From an uncultured Ruminococcus sp. (lineage in GTDB: Bacteria > Bacillota > Clostridia > Oscillospirales > Acutalibacteraceae), in NCBI GenBank assembly GCA_902798755.1, contig CADBYC010000004.1, forward strand, positions 72,135 through 136,134: 64,000 nt of DNA, read 5' to 3'. The translations under genes were made by a program, and so were the position numbers. Shown here piece after piece: positions 27,620 through 39,600 of the stretch. Position 1 is the first letter of the stretch, and the number at the start of each line of letters is the position of its first letter. The notes below the pieces were generated by a model. It did no database searches and had not been told where the DNA came from. It was given only the letters and a program-made list of their open reading frames with translations.

Positions 27620-28126
27620 ATGTTGAAATATTATCTTCTGACGATCCTGTTCGCAATGATCCCGATCTTTGAGCTCAGAGGCGCGATCCCCGCGGCGGTA
27701 TGGGGCTATCACATCAACCCCATCGTCGCCTATATCATCGCCGTCATCGGCAACATGATCCCCGTGCCGTTCATCTATCTCTTCGCGAGAAAGGTGCTCG
27801 AATGGGGCAAGGACAAAAAGTACATCGGCAAATTCTTTACCTTCTGCCTGAAAAAAGGCGAGAAGGGCGGCGAAAAGCTGAAAGCAAAAAGCGGTAAGGG
27901 GCTGTTTGTCGCGCTGATGCTCTTCGTCGGTATCCCGCTGCCTGTCACGGGCGCGTGGACGGGTACGCTGGCGGCTTCAATCCTCGACATGGGCTTCAAG
28001 AAATCCATGCTCGCGGTATTCTGCGGCGTACTGATCGCGGGCGTTATCGTCTCGCTGGTCGTCCTGCTTCCGAACACCTTCGGCTTCTTAGCGAAGGTAT
28101 TCACCACCAGCGTTCCGCAGGCATAA
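27620..28126 (+). CDS. Small multidrug export family (COG2426-like) membrane protein
   Basis: MIPIFELRGAIP, FVGIPLPVTGAWTG. Confidence 0.9.
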   Translation: MLKYYLLTILFAMIPIFELRGAIPAAVWGYHINPIVAYIIAVIGNMIPVPFIYLFARKVLEWGKDKKYIGKFFTFCLKKGEKGGEKLKAKSGKGLFVALMLFVGIPLPVTGAWTGTLAASILDMGFKKSMLAVFCGVLIAGVIVSLVVLLPNTFGFLAKVFTTSVPQA

Positions 28127-29343
28127 TGAAGAAGCAGCAGGTATACGCGGCGGTCATCGGTGGAGGAGCTTCGGGCATGATGTGCGCGATCCGCGCCGCT
28201 GAACGTCACCATGATCAGAAAATCGTCATACTGGAGAAATCCGACCGTGTCGGCAAGAAGCTGCTGGTCACCGGCAACGGCAGATGCAACCTCACCCATA
28301 TCGGCGCGGGGGCAGAGAGCTATCACGGAGACGGCAGTCAACAGTTGATCAATATTCTTTTTGAGAAATATGGCGCAGATTCCGTTCTGCGCTTTTTCCG
28401 CATGCTCGGGCTTCTGACCCATACCGACAGTGAGGGTCGCGTCTATCCTCTGAGCAATCAGGCGAACTCCGTCTTGGACGTTCTGCGCCGCCGTATGGCA
28501 CAGCTCCATATCGACGAGCTGTGCAACGCCGATATCCAAAGTATCCAAAAAGCCGCCGAAGGCTATGAGATCGTCACGACGGATACGCGACTCATCGCAA
28601 AGAAGCTCGTGATCGCGTCGGGCGGCAAGGCGGATTACGCGGGAAGAGAAAGCGGCAGCCGCGAGCTGATGCGCTCGCTCGGGCTGAACATGAGCAAGCT
28701 CTCCCCCTCCCTCTCTCCTGTGTCAGTCAAAAGCGATCTTTTGCGTTCCCTCAAAGGCGTTCGCGCGCTTGCTCAGGTGAGCCTGATCAAAAACGGAAAA
28801 GCAGTAAAAGCCGAACGCGGCGAGGTACAGTTTGCCGAAAACGCCCTGTCGGGCATCTGCGTGTTCAATCTGTCGCGCGAGGCGAATGTCGGAGGGTGTG
28901 AGATATCGCTCGATCTGCTGCCCGACTTTACTGAAGAACAGATCAACAAGGAAATCACAAAGAGGATCTCCGAAAATCAAAACGCTCCCGCGAGCGAGAT
29001 CTTCACAGGCATGTTCCATAAAAACCTCGGACTCGCTCTGCTGAAGGCGAGCGGTATCAAGCCCTCTACTATCTGCAAGGAAATTTCCGATAAAGAAATA
29101 AAAGCGCTGTGCCGTCATGTATGCGACTGGCGTTTTCCCTGCACGGAGAACCGCGATTTCAAGAAAGCGCAAGTCACGGCGGGCGGCGTCAGGCTCAGCG
29201 AAATCGATCCCTATACCTTTGAGAGCAAGCGCCACAAGGGGCTGTATATCATCGGCGAGGCGCTGGACGTCGACGGCGACTGCGGCGGCTATAATCTGCA
29301 GTTTGCCTTTGCGAGCGGCATGTGCGCGGGAGATCGCCTATGA
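28126..29343 (+). CDS. HI0933/BaiN family flavoprotein
   Basis: ATG at 28126; IGGGASG, GKKLLVTGNGRCNLT, AQVTAGGV, GEALDVDGDCGGYNLQ. Confidence 0.93.
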   Translation: MKKQQVYAAVIGGGASGMMCAIRAAERHHDQKIVILEKSDRVGKKLLVTGNGRCNLTHIGAGAESYHGDGSQQLINILFEKYGADSVLRFFRMLGLLTHTDSEGRVYPLSNQANSVLDVLRRRMAQLHIDELCNADIQSIQKAAEGYEIVTTDTRLIAKKLVIASGGKADYAGRESGSRELMRSLGLNMSKLSPSLSPVSVKSDLLRSLKGVRALAQVSLIKNGKAVKAERGEVQFAENALSGICVFNLSREANVGGCEISLDLLPDFTEEQINKEITKRISENQNAPASEIFTGMFHKNLGLALLKASGIKPSTICKEISDKEIKALCRHVCDWRFPCTENRDFKKAQVTAGGVRLSEIDPYTFESKRHKGLYIIGEALDVDGDCGGYNLQFAFASGMCAGDRL

Positions 29344-30923
29344 TACGTCTGAGTAACATCAAACTGCCGATCGGCTATGACGACAGCGATATTCTCAAAG
29401 CCTGCGCTAAGGAGCTGCGGATCTCGCCCAAAGCCATCACCAAAGCCTCGCTGTACCGCCGCTCCATCGACGCGCGGCATAAAGACAATATCCACTACAC
29501 GACGAGCGTAGACGTCTATCTCAGCGGAAATGAGCAGGCGATCCTCAATAAAGCAAAAAGCAAGAACGCCGCCATCACCGAGGAATACCGCTACACGCCC
29601 CTTACCCCGAAGGATAAAGACAAACGCCCACTGATCGTCGGCACAGGTCCCGCGGGGCTGTTCTGCGCATTGATCTTAGCGCAGAGCGGTATCCGTCCCA
29701 TCGTCATTGAGCGCGGCTCCCGCGTGGAGGAACGCGCGAAAGCTGTTGATCATATGTGGCAAAAGGCGGAGCTAAACACCGAATGTAACGTACAGTTCGG
29801 CGAGGGCGGCGCAGGCACATTTTCCGACGGCAAGCTGAACACAGGCACCAAGGACGGCAGAGCGCGCAAGGTGCTGACGGAATTCGCCGCGCACGGCGCT
29901 CCCGAAGAGATCCTCTATAACGCAAAGCCCCATATCGGCACGGACAAGCTCCGCGACACGGTGAAGAGTATTCGCGAGGAATTGATCTCCCTCGGCGCGG
30001 AGATCTTCTTCGACACCAAGCTGACCGCTATCAAAACGACCGACGGCAGGATCGCCGCCGCCGAAGTAGAGCACAAGGGCGCAAAACGGCTGATCGAATG
30101 TAATGAGATCGTGCTCGCGATCGGACACAGCGCGCGCGACACCTTTGAACTGCTCCATCAAATGGGTATCCACATGACCCCGAAGCCGTTCTCTGTCGGC
30201 GCGCGTATCGAGCACCTGCGTGAGAACATCGACCGCTCTCAGTACGGCGCAGCTCATGCAAAGCTCCCCGCCGCCTATTACAAGCAAAGCGTCCACCTCA
30301 AGGACGGACGCGGGGTCTACACCTTCTGCATGTGTCCGGGCGGCGTGGTCGTAGCGGCGCAGAGCGAAAAGGACAGCGTCGTGACCAACGGCATGAGCGA
30401 ATTTGCCCGCGACAAGGTCAACTCCAACGCGGCGCTGTTGGTATCTGTCAACCCCGAGGATATAAAGGGCGAACATGTACTAAAGGGCATGTATTGGCAA
30501 CGGGAATTGGAGCGCAAGGCGTTCATCGCGGGAGGCGGCAACTATTACGCGCCGATCGCGCGCGTCGGCGACTTCCTGAAAGGTGAAAGATCCACCCGTC
30601 TCGGCGAGGTCACGCCGAGCTATCTGCCGGGCACTGACTTTGCGAGCATGGATAGTATCCTGCCCGCCTTTGTGACCGATTCCATGCGCGAAGCGATCCC
30701 CCTGATCGACCGCAAGCTGCGCGGCTTCAATCACCCCGACGCGATCCTGACCGCCGTGGAAAGCCGCAGCTCTTCCCCTATCCGCATCACGCGCGACGAC
30801 TCTATGCAGAGCGTCAGTCTGAAAGGACTGTACCCCTGCGGCGAGGGCGCGGGCTACGCAGGCGGCATCGTATCCGCCGCGGTGGACGGTATCAAGGTCG
30901 CAGAAAAGATTATTCTTTCATAG
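29340..30923 (+). CDS. FAD-dependent oxidoreductase
   Basis: VGTGPAG, QFGEGGAGTFSDGKL, TFCMCPGG, GEGAGYAGGIVSAAVDG. Confidence 0.92.
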   Translation: MIRLSNIKLPIGYDDSDILKACAKELRISPKAITKASLYRRSIDARHKDNIHYTTSVDVYLSGNEQAILNKAKSKNAAITEEYRYTPLTPKDKDKRPLIVGTGPAGLFCALILAQSGIRPIVIERGSRVEERAKAVDHMWQKAELNTECNVQFGEGGAGTFSDGKLNTGTKDGRARKVLTEFAAHGAPEEILYNAKPHIGTDKLRDTVKSIREELISLGAEIFFDTKLTAIKTTDGRIAAAEVEHKGAKRLIECNEIVLAIGHSARDTFELLHQMGIHMTPKPFSVGARIEHLRENIDRSQYGAAHAKLPAAYYKQSVHLKDGRGVYTFCMCPGGVVVAAQSEKDSVVTNGMSEFARDKVNSNAALLVSVNPEDIKGEHVLKGMYWQRELERKAFIAGGGNYYAPIARVGDFLKGERSTRLGEVTPSYLPGTDFASMDSILPAFVTDSMREAIPLIDRKLRGFNHPDAILTAVESRSSSPIRITRDDSMQSVSLKGLYPCGEGAGYAGGIVSAAVDGIKVAEKIILS

Positions 30924-31134
30924 AATTAAAGCAGGCACAGATAAAAGCCCTCGTAATGACGAGGCAATCATACTTTCAAACGTAATAAGATCATTAATAA
31001 AAGAAAGTTATAATTTGATCGAGTAGGGGGAGTTTTAGACTCCCCCTTTCCGTTGAACAATCGGCAAGATACCGTTATCTACACACAGCACGTCTACTCT
31101 TATAAAGTCTTCAACAAAGAGTTCCAACAAATTA

Positions 31135-31287
31135 TACTAATCCTTGATAAAAAGATTTAATCAGATATTAGTGATATATTTCGGATAGCGCGACGGGAGA
31201 CGCAGGCAGGCTGGCTGTCAAGGAGCCCAACAAAGCTATACGAAATATAGCGCAATAGATGATAAAGGTTTTTATTAAGGATTAGTA
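31135..31287 (+). mobile_element. MITE copy 1 (153 bp)
   Basis: Ends TACTAATCCTTGATAAAAA / TTTTTATTAAGGATTAGTA; TTA on both sides. Confidence 0.88.
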
Positions 31288-31354
31288 TTATTAGTCCCTT
31301 CTGAAATTTGTATTAAGGGAACAAATAGTCTCATAATAATTTTATCCGTATATA

Positions 31355-31382
31355 TTGACATTAGCTTCAACTTAATTATAAT
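31355..31382 (+). promoter_or_regulatory. SigA-type promoter
   Basis: TTGACA-16 bp-TATAAT. Confidence 0.65.
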
Positions 31383-31449
31383 AGATATATAATCATGATT
31401 CAGTGAATTTAAATTATATATTTAGCAATAATGCATAGGGAGTAATATT

Positions 31450-32907
31450 ATGTTTATAGGTCGAGAAGCAGAACTACGATTTTTGGAAGAACGATATGAG
31501 TCAAATCGCGGCGAATTAGTCGTTTTATATGGAAGGCGTCGTGTCGGTAAAACCGAAACTCTCCGTCATTTCAGCGAGGATAAGCCGCACGTTTTCTTTT
31601 CATGCCGCGAATGTACGGATCAGCTACAACTTAAGAGCTTTTCAGAGAAAGTATTTAAAGAAGATATCCCTGTAAAAAAATATATCAGCGCATTCCCTGA
31701 CTGGGAACAAGCCTTTCGTTCGGTCCTCGACTTGCCCTACGGAGCAAAAAAGAAACTTCTGATCATAGACGAATTTCCATATATGTGCAAAAGCAACACA
31801 AGCATCCCCTCTATTCTCCAAAATCTATGGGATGAGCTTTTGAAAGACTCAAACATCATGATCGTTCTATGCGGCAGCGCAATGAGTTTTATTGAAAAAG
31901 AATTGCTCGCTGAAAAGAATCCTCTGTACGGTCGGGCTACCGGTATATATAAGATGGATCCTATGGGCTTTTATGACGCGGTCAAGTTTTTTCCTGAGTA
32001 TTCCAGCAAAGACAAGGTTATCCTCTATTCCGTGCTCGGTGGAATCCCGCATTACCTTAAGCAATTTGATCCAACGTTATCTTTAGCCGAAAACATCAAG
32101 CATAATATTCTGACAAAAGGATGCGCCTTGTACAGCGAAGTGGATTTTTTATTAAAGCAAGAGCTTCGGGAAACAACTGTCTACAACTCCATTATTGAAG
32201 CGATCGCTCTTGGTGCGACTAAGCTCAATGAGATCAGTCAAAGGTCGCTACTCGATGATACCTCAAAAACAAGCGCCTACCTTCGCAACTTAAAAGAACT
32301 CGGACTGGTAAAGCGAGAGCTTTCCATTGATGCGGGAGATAACGAAAAGTCCAACGCAGGCAGAGGAATCTACAAGCTTTCGGATAGTTTCTTCCGTTTC
32401 TGGTATGCCTTTGCTTTCACCAATATTTCTGATTTAGAGTCAAACGACGTTCAAGGCGTCTACACCTATGTGGTTGAGCCGCAGCTCCATCAATTTGCTT
32501 CTTTTACTTTTGAAGATATTTGCAAAGAGTATATGATGGAATTAAAAAAACAAAATGCACTTCCTTTCAGATATACCAAGATGGGCCGTTGGTTCGGCAA
32601 AACAACGATCAGAGATAATACCAAGCCAACGGGTACGCGAATAGCAGAAACCGAGATCGATATTCTTGCCACATCAACCGGCAAAAAGGAATATCTGGTC
32701 AGTGAATGCAAGTTCAAATCTCAACCGTTCTCATATTCTGAGTATCTCGATACCGCGGTGAAACTCAGTTCTTATAAGAATAAAGCCGACTTCTACTATG
32801 CTTTATTCTCGGAAAATGGCTTTGACATTCGATTGACAGAAAAAGCAAAGGATGATAGGAGTTTATATCTCTATTCTTTGGATCAAATCGTAAACAGAAT
32901 CATTTAA
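31450..32907 (+). CDS. Archaeal-type ATPase with wHTH and DUF234-like C-terminus
   Basis: MFIGREAEL, YGRRRVGKT, IIDEFPY, LCGS, PLYGR, GGIPHYL, FFRFWY, EIDI...ECKF; AT-rich relative to neighbours. Confidence 0.9.
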   Translation: MFIGREAELRFLEERYESNRGELVVLYGRRRVGKTETLRHFSEDKPHVFFSCRECTDQLQLKSFSEKVFKEDIPVKKYISAFPDWEQAFRSVLDLPYGAKKKLLIIDEFPYMCKSNTSIPSILQNLWDELLKDSNIMIVLCGSAMSFIEKELLAEKNPLYGRATGIYKMDPMGFYDAVKFFPEYSSKDKVILYSVLGGIPHYLKQFDPTLSLAENIKHNILTKGCALYSEVDFLLKQELRETTVYNSIIEAIALGATKLNEISQRSLLDDTSKTSAYLRNLKELGLVKRELSIDAGDNEKSNAGRGIYKLSDSFFRFWYAFAFTNISDLESNDVQGVYTYVVEPQLHQFASFTFEDICKEYMMELKKQNALPFRYTKMGRWFGKTTIRDNTKPTGTRIAETEIDILATSTGKKEYLVSECKFKSQPFSYSEYLDTAVKLSSYKNKADFYYALFSENGFDIRLTEKAKDDRSLYLYSLDQIVNRII

Positions 32908-33128
32908 TACATGGGTGCTGATGATTACGTCAGCGCCCTTTATTTTTCATCATCAAAGATGATCAAGTTATTTCCCCATAGTGAAAACAGGTGCTATATT
33001 TCTGACAGGAGTATCAAGAACTTCAGAAAAATGTAAAGCACGCATTGTATGCAATCATTGCGCCACAGTAAGCCAAAAGGCACTGTTGCAAAACATGAAG
33101 ATTTGCAACAGCGCCTTTTTCATATGTA

Positions 33129-36100
33129 TTATTTCTGATAGACCGCGACCTCTCGACTGTGGCGGATCGAATAGATCAGACACTCCTTGACGGGCAAGGA
33201 AAGACACTCTTCCATCGCGTCCTTGTATAACAGAAGCTGAGAAGCGTAACGCTCCGCCAAATCCTCGGGAGCTTTCACGCGGTCGGTCTTATAGTCGACG
33301 ATCACCAGCTCGCCGTCCTCAACAAACGCCAAGTCCACCGCGCCCTGCAGGATCACCGTTTCTTCGCTGAGTAATTCCTCGATCTCGGGGTCGACGCGGT
33401 TGGCGGGGATCCTGATATTGAAGCGGTATTCCTTATACACCTTATCAGCGTTCAGGCATCTTGTCACAAGTTCGCTGTCGATAAAGCTCCTCGCTTTCTC
33501 GATGTCTACGCTGTCCGCCTGCGCCTGCGTCAGATAGCCTTCGTCCGTGAGAAGCTGTAGCTGAGCTTTGATGTTCTCTCTCGCCGCCGCAAAATCCGCA
33601 TACTGCATAAAGGCGTGCAGGGCAGTGCCCTTCTCGGCAGAGGTGAGCTTCTCTCCCTGCAAAAAAGCAGGACGGTCAAGATGGCGGTCGTAGGCTTCCT
33701 CGGTCATACGGTGCGCAAGCGACGAAGCCGCGACCTTGACAGGCAGACCGCTCAACCCCTCATACGGATAGACATACTCCGCGTGGCGTCTGAGCTCGTC
33801 GATCACAGCGCTGTTTTCTTCTGTCACGGCGGTATCGGCATTGTCGCTCTCGTCCTCGTCATCGTCAAACGGCTGATCGATCACCCCGCAGGTAAGGCGG
33901 AAATCCGCCTGTTTATCACATTCCGCCGACACGCCCGCGTATTCTCTCAGCGGTTCGCCGTCGGGGTGGAGCAGAGCGCACATCGTCAGCCAGTCTGACA
34001 ACGCGCTGACAGAGCGCACCGCAAAGGGATATATCTCCCGCTGACCCGCGAGCTTTTTCGCAACGCCCGCGATATACGTCCCCGTCGGACGCGAGGGGGT
34101 TGCGAGCATGATCAGCTTCTGCTTAGCGCGCGTCATCGCAACGTACAGAACGCGCAATTCTTCGCTCATTTCGCCGCGCCGCTTCTCCATCGCCAGCGCG
34201 TTGCGCGGCATGGTGTTGAAGCTCGCGGACAGGGCGGGATCATACAGCTTCTGCGCATAGCCGTAGCGCGAATGGAGCAGTACGGCTTTCGACGAGTCGG
34301 ACACGAATTTCCGCGCGGTATTCGCCAAAAAGACGATCGGGAATTCCAGACCCTTTGACGCGTGTACCGTCATCATCTCTACGCCGAAGTCGCCGCCGCT
34401 CTCCCCTGCCGCCGCGGGCAGATCGGAGCCGTCCTCCATCAAGCGGTCAAGATAGTTCACAAATGACGACAGCCCCCTGCGGGTGTTCTGTTCAAAAGCG
34501 CGGGCATAATCGAGTAACAGCCTGAGATTATTCAGCGCGTAACCCGAGCTGTCGGAAGCCGATATGATCGACGTAAAGGACGAGCGCTCAAAGATCACCG
34601 TGATCATCCGATACAGCGGCATGGTCGCCGACAGTCTGCGATAGTATTCCAGCTCATTCAGAAAGGCGCGGCTCTTTTGATTGCCTTGCTCGGCGTCCAG
34701 CGTGATCGCCGCGTACAGCGAGCCCTTGCGCAGACCTATACGGATACGCGCGAGATCGTCCTCATCAAAGCCGAACACAGGGCTCATCACAACGCTGAGC
34801 AGTTCAATATCCAAGGCGGGATTATTGATCACGCGCAGGAAGTTCGTCATCAGCATGATCTCTCTTGCGACGAGAAATCCCGCGCTGCTTTCCGTGTGCG
34901 TATGCAGTCCGTACAGCTCGAACACCTCGCGGTAAACGGCGCCGTAGCTCGACAGGTTGCGCATCAATACCGAAAAGTCGCTGAACGTTGCGGGGCGGTA
35001 GCCGTCGCCATCCTTGACGGGATAGCCCTCAGCGACCATCTGATGGATACGCTCGGCGATATACCGCGCTTCAGCAATCGCCGCTTCCTCCTCGCCGACG
35101 CCCTCTTTGTCAACGACATAGTATTCGATCGCAGGCTCGGCTTGGGGCGCGTATTCTGCGCCCGCGACCAACTGCTCCTCCTCGTTATACTCGATGTCGC
35201 CGACTGCGGGTGACATCAGCTTTGTGAAGAAGTAATTGACGGCGGAGAGCACCTCAGAGTCGCTTCTAAAATTCTTTTCGAGAATTATTTTAGCGGGGAA
35301 AGTCGGTCTTTCCCTGTGGTATAAATATGCTGTATTTTTTCTTTTAAGGAATAATTCAGGCATTGCCTGACGGAATCCGTAGATACTTTGCTTAACGTCG
35401 CCGACGACAAAGAGGTTTTCCTCATTGCGCGACACGGTCTTGAAGATAGTGTCCTGCACCTCGTTCGCGTCCTGATACTCGTCCACCATGATATAGTCAA
35501 AGCGCGAACCGATCTCACGCGCGACAGGGGTCGGTTCGGCGGTATCCTTATCGAGGATCAAAGAAAGCACCCAGTGCTCGATATCGGCATAATCCGCAAC
35601 GCTGTTCTCCTTTTTCAGCATGGCATAATGCTCTTCGAACAAGGTCACCGCAGAGAAGATCTGCTCGGCAAAATCTTTCAGCCGTTCGATATCATACAGG
35701 CACATCGCTTCTTCCTGCGCGTATAGCTTCTGCAAGGTCTTGACGGTATCCTTGAAGAGGTCGCGCGCGGAAGCCGCCGCGATCTTATAGGGATTGTCCG
35801 CGTACCCGCGCGGGGTGGATAACCGTCCCTGATCAAAGCTCAACAGGATATCACGGATATCGTTCCAGCCCTGCTCGCTTGCGGCTTTCTGCAACCGCTC
35901 GCAGAACACACGGTAGGTGTCAAACAGCGGGAACATCTTATCATACAGCTTTTCGTCGAGCGAGATCGCGTCGACCGCGCGCTCATACAAAAGAGTCAGA
36001 TAATCCGCCGCCTCGCGCGTATACTCTGAGATGATCTTACCCCATACGGAGTCGGCAACGTCGTTGAAATCGGTATAGTATGACAGCTTTTCTTTTAGCC

Positions 36101-36671
36101 ACCGATCGGGGAACGGATGCGAACGCAGGAAGTCGTACAGTTGATAGATATTATTCTCGAGCTTGCTGTCGTCACGGGCAGAAGCGAAGGTCTCCACCAA
36201 AGCGTGGAATTTCGGGTCCTTCTTCTCATACAGGAGATCGAGGGTCAGGCGCATGGCGTCGCCGCGCATCACGCTCAGTTCACCCGTATCCGCGATACGG
36301 ATATTGCGGTCGATGTCCAAAAGATAGAAATACTCTTTGCACAGCGACATGCAGAATGAGTCGACCGTAGAGATATGCGCCTTGGATAACAGCGACTGCT
36401 GGCGCAGTAAAAAGGCGTTTGAAGGGTCTTTGCGGATACAGTCGGTCAGTGCTTCTTTCAGCCTGCTTTTCAACTCAGCCGCCGCCTTGCGGGTATAGGT
36501 GACGACCAGCAGTCTGTCGGCGTCTACGCCGTTCTCAGTATCGGTGATCAGGCGGATCACGCGCTCGACCAGTACGGCGGTCTTGCCCGACCCCGCGGCG
36601 GCGGAAACGATGACGGAACCGCCGCGCGCGGTGATCGCGTCAAGCTGATGTTCTGTCCAATTACGTTTCAT
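33129..36671 (-). CDS. addA: Helicase-nuclease AddA
   Basis: SAAAGSGKT, VDEYQD, VGDVKQSIYGFR, TVHASKGLEF, LYVAMTRA, IVDYKTD. Confidence 0.96.
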   Translation of the reverse strand: MKRNWTEHQLDAITARGGSVIVSAAAGSGKTAVLVERVIRLITDTENGVDADRLLVVTYTRKAAAELKSRLKEALTDCIRKDPSNAFLLRQQSLLSKAHISTVDSFCMSLCKEYFYLLDIDRNIRIADTGELSVMRGDAMRLTLDLLYEKKDPKFHALVETFASARDDSKLENNIYQLYDFLRSHPFPDRWLKEKLSYYTDFNDVADSVWGKIISEYTREAADYLTLLYERAVDAISLDEKLYDKMFPLFDTYRVFCERLQKAASEQGWNDIRDILLSFDQGRLSTPRGYADNPYKIAAASARDLFKDTVKTLQKLYAQEEAMCLYDIERLKDFAEQIFSAVTLFEEHYAMLKKENSVADYADIEHWVLSLILDKDTAEPTPVAREIGSRFDYIMVDEYQDANEVQDTIFKTVSRNEENLFVVGDVKQSIYGFRQAMPELFLKRKNTAYLYHRERPTFPAKIILEKNFRSDSEVLSAVNYFFTKLMSPAVGDIEYNEEEQLVAGAEYAPQAEPAIEYYVVDKEGVGEEEAAIAEARYIAERIHQMVAEGYPVKDGDGYRPATFSDFSVLMRNLSSYGAVYREVFELYGLHTHTESSAGFLVAREIMLMTNFLRVINNPALDIELLSVVMSPVFGFDEDDLARIRIGLRKGSLYAAITLDAEQGNQKSRAFLNELEYYRRLSATMPLYRMITVIFERSSFTSIISASDSSGYALNNLRLLLDYARAFEQNTRRGLSSFVNYLDRLMEDGSDLPAAAGESGGDFGVEMMTVHASKGLEFPIVFLANTARKFVSDSSKAVLLHSRYGYAQKLYDPALSASFNTMPRNALAMEKRRGEMSEELRVLYVAMTRAKQKLIMLATPSRPTGTYIAGVAKKLAGQREIYPFAVRSVSALSDWLTMCALLHPDGEPLREYAGVSAECDKQADFRLTCGVIDQPFDDDEDESDNADTAVTEENSAVIDELRRHAEYVYPYEGLSGLPVKVAASSLAHRMTEEAYDRHLDRPAFLQGEKLTSAEKGTALHAFMQYADFAAARENIKAQLQLLTDEGYLTQAQADSVDIEKARSFIDSELVTRCLNADKVYKEYRFNIRIPANRVDPEIEELLSEETVILQGAVDLAFVEDGELVIVDYKTDRVKAPEDLAERYASQLLLYKDAMEECLSLPVKECLIYSIRHSREVAVYQK

Positions 36672-39600
36672 CAGGATCCTCCTTTCCCTTGAGTTCTTCC
36701 ATCACTTCTTCGGGCGATCTGTCCTCCGCCTCACGCGAGGGATCATCCTCTTCTCTCAGGCATACCGCCTTGTATACGCAGTAGGCGCAGCCGTCGTATT
36801 TCTTGCCCTTGAGCGGCAGAGCGGCTACGTCACCCTCATAGAGCGACTGCGCCATCTTCTCCGTCAGCGTGTCGATATGGCGGAAGATCGCGCCCAGCTC
36901 CTCTAAGGTCGCTAAACTGCCCGCAGAGGCAGAGACCGTACCGTCCTTGAGCTTTGCGGGGATATAGAGCCCCTTGCCGTCGTGCTCCATATGCTCCACG
37001 ACGGCGGCGTCATCAAGGATAACGCCCTTCATCATGTATTTTTTCAGCACCTCTGCGCGAATCTTCGCTGTGGGCATATCGGGGTCGGCTGACACCGACG
37101 GCGACACCGCGGGCATGTACAGTACGCCCGCGGGCGTGATCTCGCCGTAACGCTCACCGCCGTTCTCACGGATCGCGTACAGATAAATGAACATCTGCAA
37201 ATTCAGTCCGTACACGAGATCGTTGATGTTGAATTCCTTGGTGCCTGTTTTATAGTCGATCACACGGATATAGCTTTTGCCGTCCGCGTCACAGCGGTCG
37301 ACGCGGTCTACGCTGCCGCGTACGCTAAGGCGCAGTCCGTCCTGTAATTCCACCGAATAATCGGGGATATCCGTACCGACGCCGAGCTCAAAATCAACAG
37401 GGGTAAAGTCGCTCTGGCTGAGCTCCTGCACCATATGTAAGACCAGCTTTGTCGCGGCGGCTTTGGTGCGATAAAGCAAATACAAGAATCGCTCGCTCTT
37501 GCCCTCTGTTCCGCCGAAATGCTTCTCGATATATTCGTCTAAGATATCCGACACGATACCCTCGATCACCGTTTCGTTCATCTGAGCGTATTCCTCGCGG
37601 CTGTGACTGCCGAAGAACACCTCAAAGATGTGGTGCATGAGCGTGCCGTATTCCAGCGCGTCGACGGTCGCTTTCTTCCGCTCACGGATATGCAGACCGT
37701 ACTCGCAGAAGTAACGGAACGGGCACTTGTGATAGACGTCGATCTTCGTCGAGGACAGGCGCATTTCCTTACCGTACAGCTCTTTTGTCAATGCGGTATC
37801 CTTGATGCGCCTTGCCCTGCGGCTGAGGACGTCCTCGATCGAGCCGACGATATCCCGATATTCCTCGTCCTGCGCAAAGTAGGCTTTCAGCGCCGCAATC
37901 TCAGGGCTTTTCGTATGATAATGACCGATCAGGTAATCAAACGCCGAACGCTTGGAGCGCAGGCGCTCTTTCATCGGCACTGCGTCATAGTTGATGTATT
38001 TCAGGCGCAGCAGGCTCAGCTCCGCCTCCCCGATCATATCGGACGGTGTGAGCAGCTCGCCGCGCATGTCGGACGCGGGGAAGCTGATATACAGCCGCTC
38101 TCTTGCGGCAGTCAGCGCGGAATAGGCGTAGTAACGCTCGGTTGCGATCAACTCCTCGATCGAATCGGACAGTGGGAGCTGTAACACCTCTTTGAGCCTT
38201 ACACGCTCGTCGTCGGTGAATACGCCTGCTTCCACAGGGGTATGCGGGAACTCGCCCTCCAGCGCGCCGATCAGGAACACCGCTTTCTTGTCAGAGATCA
38301 GGGTACGGTCGGCGGTCGAGATATCGACCTCGTCGATCCCGCGCGGAATGGTGCTGACCTGTGAAGCGGCAAAGTTGGTATACAACAGCTCCGCAAATCG
38401 CTTGGACGGCAGGCGATAATCGCCGATGACGGCTACGGTCTTATCGAGGATCTCGCACAAGACGTTCCACATACGCACCAGATCCTCGCCGCGTTCGTTC
38501 TCCCCCTGCGCTTCAAAGATATCGCACAGCCTGCTGATATTGTCGTCTACCTTGAGTTCGTATAACAGCTTCATCAGCGCCTTGGCGATCGTCTCGCCGT
38601 CGGTATCGTTCACCGCGCGGGCAAATTTCCTGAGCTTTGCGACGATATCCGCGCGCAGGGCTTCGATACGCTTTAGCTGTTTTTCCTGCGCGGGAGTCAT
38701 TTCGTCGGTAAAGCCCTCGGGCGAATCGGTAAAGGGGTCGTAAAACCGCCTGCCGTTGATATCCCAGACAAAAAGATAATTCTCAAAGTCCGCGATCTCC
38801 TCCACCGTATAGGAGCACAGTCCCGTCTTTAACAGCAAGAGCACGTCCTCTCGCTGAAAGCCGCCGCTGACGATATCGAACGCAGAGGTCACCAGCCGCA
38901 CGATCGGCATAGAGTCGATATTCTGCGCCTCGTCCTGAAAATATCGGATGCCGTATTTATCCAGACACACGTCGAGGATACCCGCGTACTTGTCCGAAGC
39001 ACGCGCGATCACCGCGATATCGCGGTAGCGGTAACCGCTCTCGATCAGCTTGCGGATCGTCCGCGCGACATAGTCACATTCGTCATAGATACCCGCCGCG
39101 CGATAGACCGTCACCGCATCGTTTTCCTCTGTATACGGTTCCTTGTGCAGGCGGTACGCGTTCTCCTCCAGCGCGATCAGCGCTTCGTTCTCAAAGCGGT
39201 AAGGGATCGTCATATGGATGGGAGCGGCGACCTCGATCTCGTGATCTCGCGCGATACGCATGAGCCTTCTCCGCGTACGGCGCGGCACAAAGAACAGGCT
39301 TTCGCTGTCCTCATAGCCGTCGTCGGTCAGTGCGACATATATCTCCCTGCTCATCGCCATGATCTGTTCGATCACGTCGTATTCCTGCGCCGTAAAGCCG
39401 TAGAACGCGTCGAGCGCGACGGTGTAGCCCTCAAACAGCCTGTTATCCGTCAACAGCTCGCACACCTTCGTCAGTGAATCCAGCGGATCCATGTAACTGC
39501 GCTCCATCACGGCGTTGTACGCGTCGTACACCAGCGCCGTATCCTCGAGCTTAGCTCTCAGGGTCTCGTCCTCGGTGATCGCGGCGACCTCGCGCAGGGT

